NCBI GenBank assembly: GCA_043821645.1
Contig: JBDRCO010000049.1
Location: forward strand, 12,751 to 76,750
Length of the DNA: 64,000 nt
DNA from: Pseudomonadota bacterium
Lineage (GTDB): Bacteria > Myxococcota > JACRCW01 > JAFGSX01
Reading direction: 5' to 3'
Under the pieces are notes generated by a model, which made no database searches, was not told the origin of the DNA, and was given only the letters and a program-made list of their open reading frames with translations. The first letter of the stretch is position 1; every line of letters starts with the position of its first letter. Below are positions 57,019 through 64,000 of this stretch, piece by piece. Position numbers and translations under genes: made by a program.

Positions 57019-57603
57019 ATGTTTCATGCCACGACGATCCTGGCGGTGCGGCGCGATGGCATGGTGGCCATGGCCGGCGACGGACAGGTGACCTTCGGCT
57101 CGACCGTTGTCAAGGCGAGTGCGCGCAAGGTGCGCACCTTGCACGACGACAACGTGCTGGCTGGTTTCGCGGGCTCGACGGCGGATGCCTTCGCGCTGTT
57201 CGAGAAGTTCGAGGGCAAGCTCAAGGAATACAACGGCCAGCTGACCCGCGCGGCGGTCGAACTGGCCAAGGAATGGCGCATGGACAAGGCCCTGCGCAGA
57301 CTAGAGGCCATGCTCCTGGTCGCGGACCGCGAGCGCACGCTCCTGGTCAGCGGGACGGGCGACGTGGTGGAGCCCGACGAGGGCGTGCATGCCATCGGCT
57401 CTGGCGGACCCTACGCCCTGGCCGCGGCCCGTGCCCTGTTGAAGCACAGCACCTTGCCTGCGGACCGAGTGGTCCGGGAGGCCATTCACATCGCCGCGGA
57501 CATCTGCGTGTACACCAACCACGATATCACGGTGCTGGAGCTGGGCCCGGACGGGCCTGCGCACCCGGTGCGTGACGACGCGGCGGCCGGGAGTTCGACA
57601 TGA
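57019..57603 (+). CDS. hslV: ATP-dependent protease peptidase subunit HslV
   Basis: [34 protein letters not shown]. Confidence 0.97.
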   Translation: MFHATTILAVRRDGMVAMAGDGQVTFGSTVVKASARKVRTLHDDNVLAGFAGSTADAFALFEKFEGKLKEYNGQLTRAAVELAKEWRMDKALRRLEAMLLVADRERTLLVSGTGDVVEPDEGVHAIGSGGPYALAAARALLKHSTLPADRVVREAIHIAADICVYTNHDITVLELGPDGPAHPVRDDAAAGSST

Positions 57604-58986
57604 GCTTCGAGACAAGTCAGAGCTTCACGCCGCGCGAGATCGTCAGCGAGCTGGATCGCTTCATCGTCGGCCAGCGCGATGCCAAGCGCGCGGTCGCCAT
57701 TGCTTTACGCAATCGCTGGCGACGACAGCGAGTCCCTGCAGAGCTGAGAGATGAGATCGCCCCCAAGAACATCATCATGATGGGCCCCACCGGCGTCGGC
57801 AAGACCGAGATCGCGCGACGCATGGCACGCCTGACCCAGGCCCCCTTCGTCAAGGTCGAGGCCAGCAAGTTCACCGAGGTGGGCTACGTGGGTCGGGATG
57901 TCGACGCCATGATCCGGGATCTCGTCGAGGTCGCGGTCAAGCTGTGCAAGGACGAGGCTCTGGTCATCGTGCGCGAGCGCGCCCGCGAGGCCGCCGAGGA
58001 GAAGCTCCTGGACCGGCTCCTGCCCGAGCCCGCCAACCCGTCGACCGTGGGCTTCGAGGTGCGCGAGAACGGTGCCACGGCATCGACCTCGACGTCGAAC
58101 GCCACCCGCGAGAAGCTGCGCCGCATGCTGCGTGCCGGTGAGCTGGACCAGCAGGAAGTCGAGATCGACGTGCAGGCGTCGTCGCAGACGCCCTTCATGC
58201 AGGTCTTCGGAGCCCAGGGCATGGAGGAGATGGCCCTCAACCTGCAGGACATGTTCCAGAGCCTGCCCGGCGCCAAGGGGCGCACCAAGCGGCGCAAGGT
58301 CAAGGTACGCGATGCCCTGGATGTGCTGGTGGACATCGAGGCCCAGCGCCTGGTGGACATGGACGAGGTGCAGCGCGAAGCCCTGCACCGCACCGAGAAC
58401 TCGGGCATTGTGTTCATCGACGAGATTGACAAGATCGCCGGTCGCGAGAGTGCACATGGCCCCGACGTCAGCCGGGGGGGGGTGCAGCGTGACATCCTGC
58501 CCATCGTCGAGGGCAGCACGGTCACCACCAAGTACGGCATGGTGCGCACGGACCACATCCTGTTCATCGCGGCCGGTGCTTTTCATGTCAGCAAGGTCAG
58601 CGATCTCATCCCCGAGCTGCAGGGGCGATTCCCGATCCGCGTCGAGCTCAGCGCCCCTGAGCGAGAAGGACCTGGTGCGCATCCTGCGGGAGCCCGAGAA
58701 CAGCCTGGTGCGGCAGTACATCGCGCTGATGCAGACCGAAGGCATCACGCTCGCCTTGACCGACGACGCGATCGAGGAGATCGCCCACATCGCGGCCGAA
58801 GTGAATGCACGCCAGGAGAACATCGGTGCGCGGCGCTTGCACACGGTGATGGAAAAACTGCTCGAGGACATCAGCTTCACCGCTCCCGAGCGCGTGGAGC
58901 GCGATATCCGCCTCGATCGCACGCAGGTCCGGCAAGCCCTGGCGCATGTCCTCGAGGATCAGGACCTGGCTCGCTACATCCTCTGA
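57600..58986 (+). CDS. hslU: HslU ATPase, with a +1 frameshift at about 58654-58657
   Basis: [29 protein letters not shown]; the C-terminus ([27 protein letters not shown]) continues in the next frame. Confidence 0.93.
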
Positions 58987-59102
58987 GCTTGGGGGCCGCC
59001 CCGCAGCATCTGGGTCCCCGGTCGTCACCGGCTGCACAGTCCACCGGGGCGCGGCACCATCGGCCGCCCGAGGTGTCTTCACGGTGGGGCAACGAGAGAT
59101 CT

Positions 59103-61886
59103 TCAGTTGTCGAAGGACACCGTGATGCCGATGGGAGCTTGCCCTTCGGGCTTGATCTGCAGGCTGATGTGCGATCCTGGCCCGACGTTCTGGGGTGTGG
59201 GGCCGAGTCGGATACCGTCGGAGCTGACCACGGCATTTGCCGAGGCATCGACGCGCAGCACCACGCTCCCCCGGTCGACGTCGAATTCCATGGTGATCTG
59301 GAAGCCACTCAGCGGGTCCTTGACCAGGATCAGGCCCTTGCTCCCGTTCAGGGTGAACCTGGCATCCCCAGGTACGGATTGCCCGGCGTAGGTGACCGGC
59401 AGTGAGGGCGTGGTGCGGACGCGCAGGCGCGTCTGGGTCGCGGGCACTGGATCTGGCTGCGGCGGCGTAGACATGGCTGCCGCCGGTCCGGTGGCGGGGG
59501 GAGGGGTGGGCTTCATCGGCGGCGGCGGCTCTGGCTTGAGCCTGGGTGCGCGCGCTGGCGGCTTGCCCTGGATGCGCTCGAGCAGGAGGGTCGGAAGATC
59601 CGGGAACAGAACGAAGGAGAGCACGCCGAGTCCAACCAGGACGCCCGCGAACAGGGCCAGGATGAACACGATGTTGCTGCCCCCTCCGCGCGCGTCGTTG
59701 GCGCCGACTGCCCGGGCGATGGCGTCGAGCTCCGTGTCCCGTGTCGGTGGCACCACCTCCCCGGTCGGCATGTTGAAGATGTTGGAATCTGCCTGTGGGG
59801 GTGCCACAGGCGAGACCGATGCGGGGTGGACACCAGACAGGTCGGCGAACAGTTCCATCGCGTTGAGGCCACTGTCGGGGAGCACGGGCGGAGCTGCGAC
59901 GGCCGGTTGCTTGGGGCGTGACGGGGTTGCTCGAGGTGCGAGGCCGCTCGGGGTCGGGATGGCAACGGCCGGTACTGGCGGCTGGGGCGGGCCCAGGATC
60001 GCATCGTAGCCAAGATCGAATTCCTCTTCGTCTTCGTCCTCGCGCGATCCGTAGCCGTGCAGGATCGCATCGAAGTCCTCGGCGCGCATCCCTTGCTGGT
60101 CGTAGAGCTTCTCGCGATTCTTGCTGTCTGGCCGCTGTCCTGGTGCGAAGCGGGCTTCTCCGGGCGCGACCTCGGCGCCGTCCATGCTGAGCCGGTAGCC
60201 AGGGGCACCATCCTCGAGATTCGTCCCCCGGGCTGTTTCCGGCTGTATCAGGGGTCGCCGGGGGATCAAACCCGGGTGGGTCGTCGAAGCCTCGATGGGG
60301 ATGAGGGGGCTCATCGGGGCTGTGGGAGTGCGCGCTGCCGAGGGTTGCGGCGCCGCCACCGGCTTCATAGCGCGGGTCGGGGGCGGTGCAGGCACCGGGG
60401 GAAGCGCCCCGGGCCTGACCGTGGGGGCCTGGCCGGGCAGTGTCGCCGAGCGTGGGGGGCCGATGTCCGTGGGGATCACGTCGAGGTCGAACCCTCCCGG
60501 GGTCGTCGCGGCATGGGGTTCCGCCGAGGCCGGGCGGGCTGCGGGTGTGAGCTGCCTGCCGAGGTCCTGTGCTGCTGAATCCACCGCCGATGCGCCAAAC
60601 GGGCTCGCGCGAAGGGGGGCCGCAGAGCGCGCTGCGCGCAGATGCTCCGTCCTGCCGAGGGCCTCATCGCTGAAGTCCGCGTCGGCAAGGGGCATGCTGG
60701 CGGAGGCAGCTGCAGCGATCTCGGCTTCGAGATCCGGGATCTCGGACGGCGGCATGACGATGGTCGCGGCGTCCTCGAAGTCGTCCAGGTCCTCGGAGGC
60801 CATGATGGCGGAAAGCTCGACGCTGAGGGTATTGGGCGCGTCATCCGCCGTGGCCCAGCGCAGGGACTCCGCCGCGGCCCGGTCGACCGCGAGACCCTGC
60901 AGAAGACCCTGCAAGAAATTTTCCTGCTTGTCGCGGCGGTCTCCAGTGATGTTGGTGATCATGTGCGCCAGGCGCTGCTTGCCCTCGGCATAGGGTGTGC
61001 CCTGGATGACCTCGCGCAGCGCAGCCTCGAGCTCCGCGGCGGAGCCATAGCGATCCACCGGCTCGCGCGCCATGGCCTTGAGCAGCACGCGCTCGATGGC
61101 TGCGGGAAAGCCTGACACCACCTGGCTTGGGCGCACGATCTGGCCAGAGACGATGGCGGCCATCATGGCCCCCTCGCTCTCACCATTGACCGGTAGCCGG
61201 CCGACCAGGGTCTGATAGAGCAGCACGCCGAGCTGGTAGATGTCAGTGTGGGGACCCATCTCCTGGCCACGCAGCTGTTCCGGAGCCAGGTACGACAGGG
61301 TCCCCTTGATCTGGCCGGCCCGGGTCTGCGACAGGCGGCCCTTGGCCTTGGCGATGCCGTAGTCGAGGACCTTGACGTCGCCGGCGTAGGACACCACCAC
61401 GTTTCCCATGGTGACGTCGCGGTGGATCACGGGCGACAGCTCGCCGGTCTCGTCGAGCTGACGGTGCGCGCTGTCCAGGGCAGCGGCGGTCTCGGCGCCG
61501 ATAAACAGGGCTGCACCGAGGGGGAAGCGCATCTTGGACTTGGTGCACAGCAGGGTCATGGTGCGCAGCGACTCGCCCCACACGTGCTCGAGGGCGATGA
61601 AGTAGCGCCCGTCGACCTGCCCGAACTCGAGCAGCTGGATGATGTTGGGATGGGATAGGCGACTGACCACGCGCGCCTCGTCGATGAACATCTCGATGAA
61701 GGAGTCGTCGTGGCACAGATCGTCGCGGATGCGTTTGATGACGAGCAGCTGGCTCGGGTCCCGGCTATCCACGGGGTGGGCAAGAAAGATCTCGGCCATT
61801 CCCCCGATGGCGATGCGATGGAGCAATAGGTAGCGGCCGAACCGCTCGAAGTTCTTTTCCTGGCTCATGGCCTTCTCTGGACCCAT
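59103..61886 (-). CDS. membrane Ser/Thr protein kinase with long disordered linker
   Basis: GGMAEI, VIKRI, HRD, DYGIAK, YLAPEQ, DIYQLG; TM near the C-terminus. Confidence 0.92.
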   Translation of the reverse strand: MGPEKAMSQEKNFERFGRYLLLHRIAIGGMAEIFLAHPVDSRDPSQLLVIKRIRDDLCHDDSFIEMFIDEARVVSRLSHPNIIQLLEFGQVDGRYFIALEHVWGESLRTMTLLCTKSKMRFPLGAALFIGAETAAALDSAHRQLDETGELSPVIHRDVTMGNVVVSYAGDVKVLDYGIAKAKGRLSQTRAGQIKGTLSYLAPEQLRGQEMGPHTDIYQLGVLLYQTLVGRLPVNGESEGAMMAAIVSGQIVRPSQVVSGFPAAIERVLLKAMAREPVDRYGSAAELEAALREVIQGTPYAEGKQRLAHMITNITGDRRDKQENFLQGLLQGLAVDRAAAESLRWATADDAPNTLSVELSAIMASEDLDDFEDAATIVMPPSEIPDLEAEIAAAASASMPLADADFSDEALGRTEHLRAARSAAPLRASPFGASAVDSAAQDLGRQLTPAARPASAEPHAATTPGGFDLDVIPTDIGPPRSATLPGQAPTVRPGALPPVPAPPPTRAMKPVAAPQPSAARTPTAPMSPLIPIEASTTHPGLIPRRPLIQPETARGTNLEDGAPGYRLSMDGAEVAPGEARFAPGQRPDSKNREKLYDQQGMRAEDFDAILHGYGSREDEDEEEFDLGYDAILGPPQPPVPAVAIPTPSGLAPRATPSRPKQPAVAAPPVLPDSGLNAMELFADLSGVHPASVSPVAPPQADSNIFNMPTGEVVPPTRDTELDAIARAVGANDARGGGSNIVFILALFAGVLVGLGVLSFVLFPDLPTLLLERIQGKPPARAPRLKPEPPPPMKPTPPPATGPAAAMSTPPQPDPVPATQTRLRVRTTPSLPVTYAGQSVPGDARFTLNGSKGLILVKDPLSGFQITMEFDVDRGSVVLRVDASANAVVSSDGIRLGPTPQNVGPGSHISLQIKPEGQAPIGITVSFDN

Positions 61887-61988
61887 GATACGATGGCCTC
61901 TCGCGGCGTGCGAATTTCCAGCTGCGATTTTGAGAGGGTAGGAGTTGGGTGTCGCTGCATTCGTTCTGGCGCGGGCCCCGGGCCTGGC

Positions 61989-61997
61989 TGTTATAAT
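61989..61997 (+). promoter_or_regulatory. extended -10 promoter for the phosphatase operon
   Basis: Perfect TGnTATAAT about 40 nt upstream of ATG 62036; AGGGAG RBS. Confidence 0.65.
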
Positions 61998-62035
61998 GCA
62001 CGCTCGCGGATGTCCGCACGCAGGGAGCGCCTGCC

Positions 62036-63319
62036 ATGCATATCAAGGGTTTTGGTCTGACGGACGTGGGGCGCAAGCGCGACCACAACGAGGACTCGGT
62101 TCTCCTTGACGCCGAGCTTGGTCTTTTTGTCGTCGCGGACGGGATGGGCGGTCATGCTGCCGGCGAGGTCGCCAGCAGTCACGCGGTCCAGGCCATTCGC
62201 AGCGTCATCGTCGCCAAGCAGGACGTGTTCGAGGATTTCACGGCTGCGGACTCCCACGAGACCCGTGAGCGGCTGATCACCACGGTCGAGGGCGCGCTGC
62301 AGAGGGCCTGTGCCGAGATCTTCAGCCTGGCCACCAAGGACCAGGGCAAGGCCGGCATGGGCACGACGCTCACCATGATGCTGGTCGTGGGCGACAAGGC
62401 CCTCATGGCCCACGTGGGCGACTCCAGGCTGTATCTGGTCCGCCACGGCCAGCTTCACCAGCTCAGTGAGGACCACAGCTACTGCTCGGAGATGATCAAG
62501 CGTGGCAAGATGACGCGCGAGGAAGCCCGGCAGAGCCCCTACTCCAACGTGATCACGCGGGCGGTCGGGATCCAGGCCTCGGTGCAGGTCGACACGCTGC
62601 TGTTCGACATCATCCCCAACGACACCTTCCTGCTGTGCTCTGACGGGCTTCACGGGTACATGGACGACCCCAACGAGCTGGTCGAGATCCTCACCGAGGG
62701 CACCGGCGACAAGGCGCCCAGCAAGCTCATCGACCTCGCCAATGGCCGCGGAGGCCGCGATAACATCACGGCCCTCGTGGTCCGCGTGGAGTCCGAGGCC
62801 GGGGCCGTGGCCGAGGAGGATCGCCGCGCTCAGGAGGTCAATCTTAAGCTCGAGACCCTCAAGAAGATCCCTCTGTTCAGGCACCTGACCTACCAGGAAC
62901 TGGTCAAGGTTCTCAACATCACCTACCTCGAGAATCACGAGGCTGGCAGCGTCATCATCCGCGAAAGCGAGGAGGGGGCGGAGCTGTACGTGGTGCTGGC
63001 GGGCACCGTGACCGTGATGAAGGGCGGTCAGTACATCACCGACCTTGGAGCCGGGGTGCACTTCGGTGAAATGGCGCTCATCGACCAGTCTCCGCGTTCG
63101 GCGACCATTGCAGCCAAGGAGACCACACGGGTTCTCGTCGTGGGTCGACGGGCGTTTTATAACTTGATCCGCAAGGAACCGGTGCTCGCGGTCAAGCTGC
63201 TGTGGAGCTTCGTGCAGGTGCTGAGCCGTCGTCTGCGCGAGACCAACGAGCAGCTGACGGGGGCTCGCTCCGAGCTGGAGCAGATCCAGCAGGTGCCGTT
63301 TTTGGAGATCGACGAGTAA
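62036..63319 (+). CDS. PP2C (Stp1-like) phosphatase fused to a cyclic-nucleotide-binding domain
   Basis: GRKRDHNEDS, VADGMGGH, HVGDSR, LCSDGL, GGRDNIT; CNB motif FGEMALIDQSPRSAT. Confidence 0.93.
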   Translation: MHIKGFGLTDVGRKRDHNEDSVLLDAELGLFVVADGMGGHAAGEVASSHAVQAIRSVIVAKQDVFEDFTAADSHETRERLITTVEGALQRACAEIFSLATKDQGKAGMGTTLTMMLVVGDKALMAHVGDSRLYLVRHGQLHQLSEDHSYCSEMIKRGKMTREEARQSPYSNVITRAVGIQASVQVDTLLFDIIPNDTFLLCSDGLHGYMDDPNELVEILTEGTGDKAPSKLIDLANGRGGRDNITALVVRVESEAGAVAEEDRRAQEVNLKLETLKKIPLFRHLTYQELVKVLNITYLENHEAGSVIIRESEEGAELYVVLAGTVTVMKGGQYITDLGAGVHFGEMALIDQSPRSATIAAKETTRVLVVGRRAFYNLIRKEPVLAVKLLWSFVQVLSRRLRETNEQLTGARSELEQIQQVPFLEIDE

Positions 63320-63370
63320 CGCGTCGGGGGACGGTTCTCCCGGGAGCCCCGAACGGTGGGCGCCGGGCAC

Positions 63371-64000
63371 ATGCGGACGGAGGGCGAGCAAGAGGTGGTT
63401 GGACTTCGTGACGAGAAGACCCGGGTCTCGCAGGTCTCCAAGATTGCCGACAAGAAGCTGGCAAACGGAGAGTCGTGCCTGATCCAGATCTACGGCAAGG
63501 AGATGGGGCGCAAGTTCGCTCTCGACAAGCTGCAGGTGACCATCGGCCGCGGCCCCGACAATGACATCGTCTGCGACATGGACAACGTGTCGCGCTCCCA
63601 TGCCAAGGTCTTTGCCTCAAACACCGGTGTCTTCATCGAGGACCTCGGATCCACCAATGGCACCTTCGTCAACGATGGCGAGGTCAAGCGCGAGAAACTG
63701 GCCAACGGCGACCTGATCAAGATCGGCGGCACCATCTTCAAGTTCCTGTCCGGAGGGAACATCGAGGCGCTGTACCACGAAGAGATCTACCGCATGACCA
63801 TCGTCGACGGCCTGACGATGATCTACAACAAGCGGTACTTTCTCGAGTTCCTCGAGCGCGAGATGGCGCGCTGCTCGCGCTACCAGAGCCCGCTGACCCT
63901 GATCATGTTTGACCTCGACCACTTCAAGCGCGTCAACGACGACTTCGGACATCTGGCTGGCGACTACGTACTCAAGAAGGTGGCCAACGAGGTGTCGCGC
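63371..64000 (+). CDS. FHA-GGDEF protein (diguanylate cyclase family), partial
   Basis: Not in the ORF track because it has no stop; IGRGPDNDI..VSRSHA..DLGSTNGT (FHA), then DGLT.IYNKR, FDLDHFKRVNDDFGHLAGD; start 63371 or GTG 63395. Confidence 0.9.
   Translation, partial: MRTEGEQEVVGLRDEKTRVSQVSKIADKKLANGESCLIQIYGKEMGRKFALDKLQVTIGRGPDNDIVCDMDNVSRSHAKVFASNTGVFIEDLGSTNGTFVNDGEVKREKLANGDLIKIGGTIFKFLSGGNIEALYHEEIYRMTIVDGLTMIYNKRYFLEFLEREMARCSRYQSPLTLIMFDLDHFKRVNDDFGHLAGDYVLKKVANEVSR

Noticed and set aside
58660..59405. Apparent long C-terminal extension of HslU (601 aa)
   Set aside because: Artefact of the +1 frameshift; the true C-terminus is in the other frame and ends at 58986

Overview
High-GC bacterial chromosomal window. 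Gene content (FHA-sigma54 activator, eukaryotic-like Ser/Thr kinase, PEGA, FG-GAP and Cys-rich lipoproteins, a divergent Hsp70) suggests a Myxococcota/deltaproteobacterial-type organism; this is inferred, not database-checked. Housekeeping genes: mfd, tamB-tamA-like pair, lgt, etfBA, rpsA-ihfB-lapA-lapB-cinA, glgC, hisS, and hslVU (hslU is frameshifted, probably a sequence error). An accessory zone at about 13.6-31 kb holds a truncated glycosyltransferase, a collapsed CpxP-CpxR-CpxA-like locus interrupted by an orphan DegT aminotransferase, and many secreted Cys-rich lipoproteins. The best candidates for undescribed biology are: (1) an operon pairing an apparently ATPase-dead Hsp70 with a pseudo-receiver/J-domain protein; (2) a translationally coupled lgt-PEGA-lipoprotein operon facing a Cys-rich lipoprotein/beta-barrel pair; (3) a kinase / PP2C-cNMP / FHA-GGDEF signalling cluster; (4) a terminator-like hairpin in the rpsA leader. 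I recognised no rRNA, tRNA, CRISPR array or transposase. All family assignments are by eye from motifs.
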